A stretch of 64,000 nucleotides of DNA from an uncultured Gammaproteobacteria bacterium (GCA_963755935.1 CAVWME010000015.1:23141-87140), one strand, 5' to 3'. Numbered from the stretch's first letter, positions 46,838-56,271 are shown. Made by a program: numbers and translations. The notes: a model not told the origin generated them from the letters alone.

Positions 46838-48446
46838 TTAAGCGCGCGCCGTGCGCGCCTCCGCCAGGTTCAGCTGGCCGCTGGCGCCCGGCCGCACGCC
46901 GCTCACGTGCTTCGCCGGTCACCGATAGCCAGTCGTAGAAGTAGGCGATGATCACCGGGGTCTCCTCGAGCAGCAGCCGCTGGATGCGGCCGGCATAGGC
47001 GCGCTGGCTGCTCAAGTCGAGGGCCGCGATGTAGCTCGCGGCCAGCTCGTCGTATTCGCGATTCTTGAAATGCGCCGCGTTGAACGGTCCCCGGCTGCCG
47101 AGGCTCGCGGTCAAAAAGGTATTCGGCACACCGCGATGCCCGTAGTCCTCGATTCCCATCTGCGAGTCGAGCCAGTCGGACGACCCGAAGACCGCGCGCC
47201 CGTAGTACGCGGATTGATCCTCGACGTTCAGCGTGAGGTCGATGCCGATCTTGCGTACCGCGTTTTGAATCACCACCGCGTAGTCGGGGATCTCCTGGTA
47301 ACGCTCGGTGGTGAGCATCGCCTGAAACCCGTTGGGCACGCCCGCGGCGGCCATCAGCTCCTTCGCCTCGCTGAGATCGAAGTGACGCTGCGGCACGTCG
47401 GGGTCGGTCGCGGGATAAAGGCGCGCGAACGGTGAATCGTTGCCGAGCGCGGCACGACCGCGAAACATGCCGTGCACCAGGTTCTCGCGATTCAACGCCA
47501 GCGCGACCGCGCGGCGAACGCGCTTGTCCGCAAAGTGCCCCTGGTCGGTGCGCATGTGCACTTGCTCGTGCGCGCTCGAGGGCAGCGCGACGATGTTAAG
47601 GCGCGGATCGGTGAGCAATCCCTGTCCGCCCTGCACGGGCACGTGCAACAGCACATCGAGCTGTCCGCCCTGCATGGCGAGCACCTGCGCCTGAATACTG
47701 TCGTAGAAGCTGAACAGCACGCGCTTGGGACTCGCCTGGGCACCCCAGTAGTCGGTGTTGCGCACGAACGAGGCGCGCGCCTTGGGCACGTAGCGCTCGA
47801 GGCGGAAGGGACCCGTGCCGTTGAAGTCGCGCTCATAGCCTCCGTCATAATCCGCGGGCAGGATGATGGCGTTGAAGTTGTCGGACGACACGAGATAGGG
47901 GAAGGTGCCGTTCGGCGCATCGAGACGGAACTCGACCGTACCGGCATCGAGCGCGCGCGTGCCGCCTTTGGAGAGCGCGCCGGCGAACGCCGACAAGGCG
48001 GTCGATCCGTTCGCAGGATCGGCGAGCCGATTCATGGTTGCCGCCACGTCATGCGCCGTGAGCGTGCGGCCGTCGTGAAACTTGACGCCGGGACGAATCT
48101 GGAACGTCCAGACGCTGCCATCCTCGTTCGGCCTCCAGCCGAGCGCGAGCTGCGGTCGCAGACGCAGATCCGGGTCGGAGACCGCCAGATACTCCCCGCA
48201 CTGACTTAAAAGACACGCGCCGCCGGTGTCGCCCACGGTCAGGGGATCGATGAGCCCGGCAGGCACGGGCATTCCTACGGTGAGGAAATCGGAACCGCCC
48301 GGCGCCTGCGGCGCGCGGCTGCAGCCCGCGAGCGGGGCCGCCATGCCGAGAAGCGCGGCATAGCGTAGAAAGTCGCGGCGGCCGATGCGCGCCGAGCGCC
48401 ACGCCTCCAGAAGAGCGCTCTCGGCCGCCGAGCGAGGCTCGCGCAT
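46838..48446 (-). pseudogene. family-5 (peptide/nickel type) ABC substrate-binding lipoprotein with a Tat signal; apparent frameshift near the 3' end
   Basis: Starts at MREPRSAAES...RRDFLRYAALLGMAAPLAGC (ATG, complement of 48444-48446). The body is intact up to AYFYDWLSVTG. Removing one G near 46,912 gives KHVSGVRPGASGQLNLAEARTARA followed by TAA at 46838-46840. Confidence 0.75.
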
Positions 48447-48460
48447 CGTCGCGGCGTGCC

Positions 48461-49930
48461 TCACGCGGGCAGCGAGTCGATGAGCGCGTCGGGCGCGAAA
48501 ATCCTTGCCGTGATCGCCTCGGTCAGTCCGGCGAGCTCGGGACCCAAGATACGGTCCTCCTCCACCGGAGCGACGTGGGTGCGGACGAGGTTCAGAAAAT
48601 TCTCGAGCTGCGGCGCCGGTGTGCGGCGCGTGACGTGGAGCGCCTGCGAGGCCATGACCGCGAGCATGGCGAGCGAGGCATCGAGGCAGCGGCCAGCTTG
48701 CGCCTCCTTGCTCCAGGCGAGAAATGCGGGCGCCGCCACATCGTCCTGTCCGTTGCCGCCATCGCTGCCCGGAATGAAAGTGCGCTGCGCGGCGCTCTTC
48801 GCCTGCTCGATGTAGCCGTTTGCGGCCATGGGCACGTAGCCGACATTGCCATGTCCATCGCTTTGTCCCGGTTCGCGTCCCACCAACAAGAGGTCCGGTA
48901 GCTGCGATACGCGCCCGGTCAGCAGTCGGGCGCTGTGCCGGTCGCAGAGCAGACAGATATCCGCCCAGATGCCGGCGAGATCGTCGAGCGCGGGCGCCGC
49001 CATGGCGTTGTGGTAGCCGCCGGTGCTGATGCACCGGCCCAAGGGGTGCCGTGCGTCTGGCGGCAAGTACACCGGATTGTCGGAGATCGAGGCGAGGGAG
49101 ATGCGCGCCGCCCGTTCCGCCGCGGACACGGCGCGATGCGCGTGACCCAAGACGCGCGGCACGATGCGGTAGCTCACAGGCGCCTGGAAGTTCCGCCGTC
49201 CGCCGCCATCGCCCAAGTAGCGGCGCAGCGAGCGCAGCACCGCCGTCTCATCCTCATCGCCCCACAAGTCCTCCAGCGCCTCGTCGTAGTGCTCGAGCGG
49301 TGCGCGAAAGGCATCGATGGACAGCGCGAAAGTCTCGATTGCGAGCTGCAGGCGCCGCCGCGCCGCGATGGCGGCGTCGGCGGTGAGCGCCGCCGCACAG
49401 GGCGAGCCGTTGATCAGCGAGCCGCGCTCTTTCACTTCGAGCTCGAAGCGCCCAGCGAGCTCGGCGAACAAGGGGTAGAGCGCGAGAATCTCGCCCGCGC
49501 CGCCCTGTCCGGAGGCGGGCACCGTCGGCATGGGTCCCCCGTCGAGCAGCGCCGCGACCGCGCGCGCGATGCGCGGCGTCGTGGCAGCGTGGCCTTCCAG
49601 GTAATTCGTGAGCCGGGCGAACACGATGCCGCGCACCGTGCGATCGGGCAAGTTGTCGCCGAACGAGGTCGCTGCCGCGAAGGGCTTTAAGCGCGCATGC
49701 TGATTGCGTTCTTCGGGGGCCAGCCGCTGGCTGGCCCGCTCGCCCATGGCAGTGGTCACGCCGTAGATCACGACCGCGGGATCCTTGTCGATCAGCTCGA
49801 GAAACGCGGCGCGGCTCGAGGCGATGCGCGCCAGGGCGGCGTCGCCGATGCGCACATTCTCCCGCTGCCAGGCCGTGCGATAGAGAGTCGTGAGATTGAT
49901 GTCCGAGCGGATATTGACAATGACGGTCAA
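48461..49930 (-). CDS. divergent aromatic-amino-acid ammonia-lyase (HAL/PAL) family protein
   Basis: 489 aa, intact. It has YGVTTAMGE, TVPASGQGGAGEILAL, SLINGSP, FQAPVSYRIVPRVLG, SISDNPV and STGGYHN. Several catalytic positions differ from the HAL sequence as I recall it. Confidence 0.7.
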   Translation of the reverse strand: MTVIVNIRSDINLTTLYRTAWQRENVRIGDAALARIASSRAAFLELIDKDPAVVIYGVTTAMGERASQRLAPEERNQHARLKPFAAATSFGDNLPDRTVRGIVFARLTNYLEGHAATTPRIARAVAALLDGGPMPTVPASGQGGAGEILALYPLFAELAGRFELEVKERGSLINGSPCAAALTADAAIAARRRLQLAIETFALSIDAFRAPLEHYDEALEDLWGDEDETAVLRSLRRYLGDGGGRRNFQAPVSYRIVPRVLGHAHRAVSAAERAARISLASISDNPVYLPPDARHPLGRCISTGGYHNAMAAPALDDLAGIWADICLLCDRHSARLLTGRVSQLPDLLLVGREPGQSDGHGNVGYVPMAANGYIEQAKSAAQRTFIPGSDGGNGQDDVAAPAFLAWSKEAQAGRCLDASLAMLAVMASQALHVTRRTPAPQLENFLNLVRTHVAPVEEDRILGPELAGLTEAITARIFAPDALIDSLPA

Positions 49931-50011
49931 GCAGTCTCCACGGGTGCGCTAGGTCTGTCGGGGTCAAAGCGAATAATATGCGATCGCGGGCCACGTCGCG
50001 TGGAGGGAAAA

Positions 50012-51444
50012 ATGTCCGATTTCGATCTCGTCGTCACCGGGAATCTGGTGACCGCACACCGCATCGTCAACGACGGGTTCGTGGCGGTGTCGAACGGCAA
50101 AATCGCTTTCGTGGGACGTGGCACGCCGCCGGCCGCACGCGAGCAGATCGACGCCCGCGGCCAGTGGGTGATGCCGGGCGTGGTCGACGGGCAAGTCAAT
50201 TCCGGCGGTCAGGCCAATCAAGACGGCCTCGGTCGCGCCTCGCGCGCTGCCGCGGCCGGCGGCGTCACGACCCTGGTCGACATGCCGTACGACGATCCCG
50301 AGCCGGTCTGGCACGGCGAGCTGCTGCGCGCCAAGGCGAAGTCGGTGGAGCGCGAGTGCCACGTCGATGTCGCGCTTTGCGGCACGCTCTCCGAGGCGCA
50401 CGGTACCTCCACCATCGCGGGTCTGATCGAGGCGGGCGCCTGCGCCTTCAAGTTCTCGACGTTCGAGGTGGCCCCGGGGCGATTTCCGCGGCTCGAGGAG
50501 GACCTCTTGCACGATGCGTTTGCACTGATCGCGCCGAGCGGCCTCGCCTGCGGCGTGCACAATCAAATGCAGGAGCTCACGCGCAAGAATATCGCCCGTT
50601 TCACCGACTCGAAGGAGACCGGCTGGGACGCGCACGGCCGGGCGCACACGCCCCTGATCGAGCAGCTGGCCACCGCGATGACCTACGAGCTCGGCGCCCT
50701 GACCGGCGCGCGCGCGCATGTCGTGCACGCCTCGCTCGCACGCGGCTTCGAGCTGTGCGAGATGTACAAGGCGGCCGGCCACAAGGTGAGCATCGAGACG
50801 TGCGTGCAGTACCTCATGCTAAATGGCGAGTCCGACATGCAGCGCCTTGGGGCGAAGGCCAAGCACTATCCGCCCTTCGGCCGCAATCCGAGGTGGAGCT
50901 GTTGTGGACGCACGTCGCCGCGGGTCGCTGCAATCTCATCTCCTCCGACCATCTTGCCTGGTCGCTCGAGCGTAAATCGAATCCCAACATCTTCAGGAAC
51001 TCTTCCGGCGGTCCGGGCCTGGAGAGCTTGCTCCCCGCATTCTGGACCGGCTGCGAGCAGCGGGGCTTGAGCCCCAGCATGGTCGTGAGGATGCTGTGCG
51101 ACGGTCCCGCGCGGCATTTCCTGCTGCGCGATCGGAAAGGCTCCTTCGATCTGGGATCCGACGCCGACATCGTGGTGGTCGAGCCGGGCCGGTTCGTGTT
51201 CGACGCCTCGAAAAGCCTCTCTGCGGCGCAATGGAGCGCGTTCGACGGCCGCGACATGCGCATCCGCGTCGGCGCAACGTTCGTCCGCGGTCAGCTCGTG
51301 TTCGACGGCACCCGCATCGTGAACAAGCCCGGCCATGGCCGTTTTTTGCGGCCGCGGGTGCCGGGTGGAGATCGTCCCCGGCCGCGCCCGCAAGCGCCGG
51401 CGCAGGCGGGCGCGGAGACGACCCCCGCTAAAGCAGATCCTTGA
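50012..51444 (+). pseudogene. cyclic-amidohydrolase family protein (allantoinase/dihydropyrimidinase-like) with Q-x-N instead of H-x-H; one apparent frameshift
   Basis: ATG 50012 is preceded by GGAGGGAAAAA. It has PGVVDGQVNSGG, FKFSTF (Lys), CGVHNQ and AHVVHAS. The frame then continues in ORF 49978..51444 (LRPQSEVELLWTHVAAGRCNLISSDHLAW). The shift is at the CCC run near 50,873. Confidence 0.7.
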
Positions 51445-52717
51445 TCCGGTAGTAAAGCATCGCGAGCACGAGCGAGGGTCGGCGCAGCAGCGCGCCGCCG
51501 GGGAAATCCCGATGCGGCAGGCGCGTGAATACGTCGAAGCGTTCCGCCGTTCCCGAAACCGCCTCGGCGAGGAGCTTGCCCGCAAGCGCCGCGAGCGCCA
51601 TGCCGTGGCCGGAGAACCCCTGTACGTAGAAGACGTTGGGGGTGAGCCGTCCGAAATCCGGTGCGCGGCTCATGGTGATGTCCAGATAACCGCCCCAGGC
51701 GTACTCGACCTCGAGGTCGGCCGCCTGCGGGAAAATGCGCGCGAGGCGTCGGTGCATCGACTCGGCCAGCCGCGGCGGCTGCAACGCGCTGTAGCTTACG
51801 CGACCGCCGAACAGCAAGCGCCGGTCCGCCGACAGGCGGAAATAATCCAAAATCCAATTCAGGTCCGCGATCGCCGCATCGCTCGGCAACAGTGCCCGCG
51901 CGCGCGCCTCCTCCATCGGACGCGTGGCGATAATGTACGTGCCGACACCGAGAATGCGCCGTGCCAGGCGCGGCGAAAGCATCCCGACGTACGCGTTGGC
52001 GCACAGCACCAGGTGGCGGCAACGCACTACCCCGCGCTCGGTGTGCACGGTCACCTCATCTCCCTCGGCGAAGCGCAGCGCGCTCGTTTGCTCGAAAATC
52101 CGCGCACCGGCCGCCTCGGCCGCGCGCGCGAGTCCTTGGGTGTACTTGAGCGGGTGCAGATGACCGCTGCGAGGATCGATCAGGCCGCCCAGGTAGCGCT
52201 CGCTGCGCACGTGCTCGGCTAGCTCCCCGCGGTCGAGAAACCGCACCGAGTGGTAGTGGTACTCATCATGCAGCTCGCGCTCCCAATCGCGCAGCTCCTC
52301 AAGATGCCGCCGCTTGGTCGCGACATGCACGTGATTCGGCCGGTAGTCGCACTCGATGCCGTGATCGTGGATCAACGATTGTGTGAGGTCGAGCGCCTCC
52401 ACGGACATGTCGAACAGGCGCCGCGCATTCTCACGCCCGACCTGGGCAACGAGGGACTTCTGACCGACGGCTAGACCGAAAATGAGCTGCCCACCGCTGC
52501 GGCCCGAGGCCCCGAAGCCCACGCGCTGCGCTTCGAGCACCGCGACGTCATAACCGCGCTGCGCAAAATGCAGGGCGGCCGAGCAGCCCGCAACGCCCGC
52601 GCCGATAACCGCGACGTCGACCCGGCACTCCCCGGCCAGCGGCGGCCGCGGCGGGCGCGCCGCCTCGGGGCTCGAGGCGGCGTAATAGGAGCGGGGCGGG
52701 GGTGAGGAGAGGCGCAA
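51428..52717 (-). CDS. puuB: gamma-glutamylputrescine oxidoreductase (FAD)
   Basis: 429 aa. It is colinear with E. coli PuuB as I recall it: SYYAAS, VAVIGAGVAGCSAAL, GFGASGRSGGQL, CDYRPNH, GGLIDPRSGHLHPL, NWILDYFRLSADRRLLFGG, YVQGFSGHG and PHRDFPGG. The TTG start is tentative. Confidence 0.85.
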   Translation of the reverse strand: MRLSSPPPRSYYAASSPEAARPPRPPLAGECRVDVAVIGAGVAGCSAALHFAQRGYDVAVLEAQRVGFGASGRSGGQLIFGLAVGQKSLVAQVGRENARRLFDMSVEALDLTQSLIHDHGIECDYRPNHVHVATKRRHLEELRDWERELHDEYHYHSVRFLDRGELAEHVRSERYLGGLIDPRSGHLHPLKYTQGLARAAEAAGARIFEQTSALRFAEGDEVTVHTERGVVRCRHLVLCANAYVGMLSPRLARRILGVGTYIIATRPMEEARARALLPSDAAIADLNWILDYFRLSADRRLLFGGRVSYSALQPPRLAESMHRRLARIFPQAADLEVEYAWGGYLDITMSRAPDFGRLTPNVFYVQGFSGHGMALAALAGKLLAEAVSGTAERFDVFTRLPHRDFPGGALLRRPSLVLAMLYYRIKDLL

Positions 52718-52942
52718 GGTTAGGATTAAGAAGTGTTTAAGATTTTGGGGCTATTGACAGCTGCAGCCGCCTGTGAGCCTACCGGGGGAAAGGGGTCACA
52801 TGCAACAATGACGCGCCGCAACAATCGCGGCTAAGTTGCGGAAATGCCTAAATCTTAGCCAATTTCTCGCGGGGTGCCGGGACGAGGCGCGGCCGGTGTG
52901 GTGTAATAGCCTGGTTAACAAAGCTTGGGTGTCTCCCCAGGC

Positions 52943-52958
52943 GTTTAATATCTTAAAC
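52943..52958. promoter_or_regulatory. 16-bp AT-rich palindrome GTTTAA-TATC-TTAAAC abutting the puuD start codon
   Basis: It has perfect 6-4-6 symmetry. Related GTTTAAnAT words occur at 52735-52743 (near the puuB start) and 37843-37851 (upstream of the PuuR-like gene). Confidence 0.35.
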
Positions 52959-53711
52959 ATGCCTCGCCTGCCCGTCATCGGAATTCCGGCCGATCGCCGG
53001 CTCTGTGGAAACCACTACTTCCACATGGTCGGCGAGAAATACATCAATGCCGTCGCGGCAGGCGCCGATGCGCTGCCGGTGCTGGTACCGGCGCTTGGCC
53101 CCGAACTCGATCTGGCGGCACTGCTCGAGGTGTGCGACGGCCTGATGCTCACGGGGAGTGCCTCGAATGTCGAACCCCATCGTTACGGAGGCCCGGCCAG
53201 CCAGCCGGGAACACTGCATGATCCAAGTCGGGATGCTACGACGCTTCCGCTGATCCCGCAGGCGATCGCCGCCGGCTTGCCGGTGCTCGCGATTTGCCGC
53301 GGGTTTCAAGAAATGAACGTCGCCTATGGCGGCACCTTGCACCAGCGTCTGCACGAGGTCGGATTCGACGACCACCGCGAGGACGAATCGACGCCTCTCG
53401 AGGTGCAGTACGGACCCGCGCACGAGGTCCTATTGGAGCCTGGAGGACTGCTGCGTCAAATCGCGGGACGAGATCGCCTCCAGGTCAATTCGCTCCACTG
53501 GCAGGGCGTCGAGACACTCGGCAAGTCCCTCACCGTCGAGGCGCGTGCGCCCGACGGAGTCATCGAGGCCTTCCGGGTGACCGACGCGCCGAGCTTTGCG
53601 GTCGGCCTGCAATGGCATCCGGAATGGGAGTTTCAGCAAAATCCGTTTTCGCGCGCGTTGTTCGCCGCATTCGGGGAAGCGAGCCGAAAGCGCGCCGCAG
53701 GCACAAGGTGA
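52959..53711 (+). CDS. puuD: gamma-glutamyl-gamma-aminobutyrate hydrolase (class I glutamine amidotransferase-like)
   Basis: Starts at ATG 52959 (part of ORF 52836..53711). It has PVIGIPADRR, the nucleophile AICRGFQEMNVAYGG, and GLQWHPEW. Confidence 0.85.
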   Translation: MPRLPVIGIPADRRLCGNHYFHMVGEKYINAVAAGADALPVLVPALGPELDLAALLEVCDGLMLTGSASNVEPHRYGGPASQPGTLHDPSRDATTLPLIPQAIAAGLPVLAICRGFQEMNVAYGGTLHQRLHEVGFDDHREDESTPLEVQYGPAHEVLLEPGGLLRQIAGRDRLQVNSLHWQGVETLGKSLTVEARAPDGVIEAFRVTDAPSFAVGLQWHPEWEFQQNPFSRALFAAFGEASRKRAAGTR

Positions 53712-53714
53712 TTT

Positions 53715-55052
53715 ATGGCAAGCACGATTCAGCAATTCTTGAAAGAGCACGGGATTTCGGAAGTGGAGGCCATCATTCCGGACATGGCGGGCGTCGCTCG
53801 CGGCAAGCTCATGCCGGCCGAGAAGTTCGCGGAAGAGGAAGGCATGCGCCTGCCGGAGGCGATCTTTCTGCAGACCGTAACCGGCGACTATCCAGAGGAT
53901 CAGAGCGCCATGAACCCCTCGGACATCGACATCGTGCTCAAGGCCGATCCGAAAACCGTGCGGGTCGTGCCGTGGGCGGCCGAGCCGACGGCGCAGGTGA
54001 TCCACGATTGTTTCTACGGCGACGGCCGGCCGGTGACCATGTCGCCGCGCTACGTGCTGCGGCGGGTGCTCGAGCTGTACGAGGCGCACGGCTGGGAGCC
54101 GGTGGTGGCGCCCGAGCTCGAGTTCTTCCTCGTCGAGCCGAACATCGACTCGGATTACCCGCTGAAGCCGCCGGTGGGCCGCTCGGGTCGTCCTGAAATC
54201 GGCCGGCAGGCCTACAGCATCGCGGCGGTGAACGAGTTCGATCCGTTGTTCGACGACATGTATTCCTTCTGCGAGGCGCAGGACATCGAAATCGACACGC
54301 TCATCCACGAGTCCGGCGCCGCGCAGATGGAGATCAATCTGCTGCACGGCTACCCGATGGCGCTCGCCGACCAGGCTTTCCTGTTCAAGCGCACGGCGCG
54401 CGAGGCGGCGATGCGCCACAAAATGTATGCGACGTTCATGGCGAAGCCGATGGCCAAGGAGCCGGGCAGCGCCATGCACCTGCATCAAAGCGTGGTCGAC
54501 GTGCGCACGCGCAAGAACATCTTCTCGAATGCCGACGGCTCCCCGTCTTCGCTGTTCTTCGGCCACATTGCGGGGCTGCAGAAGTACCTGCCGGGGGCGA
54601 TGTCGCTGTTCTGCCCCAACGTTAACAGCTACCGGCGCATCAGCCGCTATTCTTCGGCGCCCATCAACGTGCACTGGGGCTACGACAACCGTACCGCGGG
54701 TCTGCGCGTGCCGATGTCCGGCGCGGAAGCGCGGCGCGTCGAGAACCGCGTCGGCGGCGCCGATGCGAATCCATATCTCGCGATCGCCGCCTCGCTCGCC
54801 TGCGGATATCTGGGGATGGTCGAGGGTCTGAAGCCCTCGGAGCCGATCGCCGGCAGCGCCTATGACCTCGCGATCGCCTTGCCGCGCACCCTCGCCGAGG
54901 CGCTGCGGCTGTTGCGCGAGTCCAAGCCCTTGGTGGACGTGTTCGGCGACCGCTTCGTGCTCGCTTATACGGCAGTCAAGGAGGCCGAGTACGAGACCTT
55001 CGCGCAAGTGATCAGCTCCTGGGAACGCGAGCATCTGCTGCTGAACGTTTGA
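53715..55052 (+). CDS. puuA: glutamine synthetase family enzyme, gamma-glutamylputrescine synthetase type
   Basis: 445 aa with DMAGVARGK, PELEFFL, HESGAAQMEIN, AMHLHQS, NSYRR and ENRVGGADANPYL. It lies 3 nt after puuD. Confidence 0.85.
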   Translation: MASTIQQFLKEHGISEVEAIIPDMAGVARGKLMPAEKFAEEEGMRLPEAIFLQTVTGDYPEDQSAMNPSDIDIVLKADPKTVRVVPWAAEPTAQVIHDCFYGDGRPVTMSPRYVLRRVLELYEAHGWEPVVAPELEFFLVEPNIDSDYPLKPPVGRSGRPEIGRQAYSIAAVNEFDPLFDDMYSFCEAQDIEIDTLIHESGAAQMEINLLHGYPMALADQAFLFKRTAREAAMRHKMYATFMAKPMAKEPGSAMHLHQSVVDVRTRKNIFSNADGSPSSLFFGHIAGLQKYLPGAMSLFCPNVNSYRRISRYSSAPINVHWGYDNRTAGLRVPMSGAEARRVENRVGGADANPYLAIAASLACGYLGMVEGLKPSEPIAGSAYDLAIALPRTLAEALRLLRESKPLVDVFGDRFVLAYTAVKEAEYETFAQVISSWEREHLLLNV

Positions 55053-55119
55053 TGGGCCTGTCGCCCCGGGCGGCGCTGCGATATAACTAGCGCTCGAAAT
55101 CACCAGGGGGACGCGTTCG

Positions 55120-56268
55120 ATGTGGGGTGTTCGTCGGCTGACCGGGTCCGCCCGGATTCTCGCGCTCGGGGTGTTCTTGCTGAGTGCTTGCGGAGGCGGC
55201 AAGCCGCCGGCCGATCAATCGGCCTCCGCGGGCGGCGGGAACACCGGCCAGGCGCTCAATCTCTTCATCTGGTCCGATTATCTCGCACCCACCACGCTCT
55301 CGGACTTCCAGCATCAGACCGGCATCACCGTGCATGCCGCGTACTACGACTCCAACGAGACGCTCGAGACCAAGCTCCTCGCGGGCTCGAGCGGCTACGA
55401 CGTCGTGGTGCCCACGGCGTCTTATTTCGAGCGCCAGATCAAGGCCGGCGTCTACCTGACGCTGGACAAATCCAAGCTCCCGAACCTGAAGAACATGGAC
55501 CCGCAGCTGATGGCGCGGGTCGCGATGCACGACCCGGACAACGCGCACGGCATCATCTACATGTGGGGCACCAACGGCATCGGCTACAACCAGAAGATGG
55601 TGACGGCGCTGCTGCCCGATGCGCCGCTCGACAGCTGGCGCCTGGTGTTCGATCCGGCGGTCGCCGCGAAGATCGCCAAGTGCGGCATCAGCGTGCTCGA
55701 CTCGCCGGCGGAAATGATGCGTGCGGTGCTCAACTATCTCGGCAAAGACCCCAATTCGCAGAAGCCCGAGGATGTGCAGGCCGCCGAGGCGACGCTGCTC
55801 AAGATCAGACCCTATATCCGCAACATCAACTCCTCCGAGTACATCGAGGCGCTCGCCAACGGGGATCTGTGCGTCGCGGTCGGCTACAACGGCGACGTGC
55901 TGCAGGCGCGCGACCGCGCGCGCGATGCGAACAAGGGCATCGACATCAAATACGTGGTGCCGAAAGAGGGCTCGATCCTCTGGTTCGACATGCTCGCCAT
56001 CCCGAAGGATGCGCCGCATCCTGAAGCGGCATACGCTTACATCAACTACATCATGGAGCCGAAGGTCATCGCCGACATCAGCAATTTCAAGCGCTACGCC
56101 AATGCGAACTTGGCCTCGCAACCGTATGTCCTCGATTCGGTGAAGGACGACCCGGCCATCTATCCGCCGCCGCAGCTGCGCGAGAAGCTCGCCGTGCAGC
56201 TCGCAGATTCTCCCGAACAGACACGTGTCATCACGCGCATGTGGGAGAAGTTCAAGACGGGCCAATAG
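55120..56268 (+). CDS. potF: putrescine/spermidine ABC substrate-binding lipoprotein
   Basis: 382 aa with the lipobox LLSACGG. It has LNLFIWSDYLAP, YDVVVPTASY, MWGTNGIGYN and PKEGSILWFDMLAIPKDAPH. Confidence 0.85.
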   Translation: MWGVRRLTGSARILALGVFLLSACGGGKPPADQSASAGGGNTGQALNLFIWSDYLAPTTLSDFQHQTGITVHAAYYDSNETLETKLLAGSSGYDVVVPTASYFERQIKAGVYLTLDKSKLPNLKNMDPQLMARVAMHDPDNAHGIIYMWGTNGIGYNQKMVTALLPDAPLDSWRLVFDPAVAAKIAKCGISVLDSPAEMMRAVLNYLGKDPNSQKPEDVQAAEATLLKIRPYIRNINSSEYIEALANGDLCVAVGYNGDVLQARDRARDANKGIDIKYVVPKEGSILWFDMLAIPKDAPHPEAAYAYINYIMEPKVIADISNFKRYANANLASQPYVLDSVKDDPAIYPPPQLREKLAVQLADSPEQTRVITRMWEKFKTGQ

Positions 56269-56271
56269 GCG

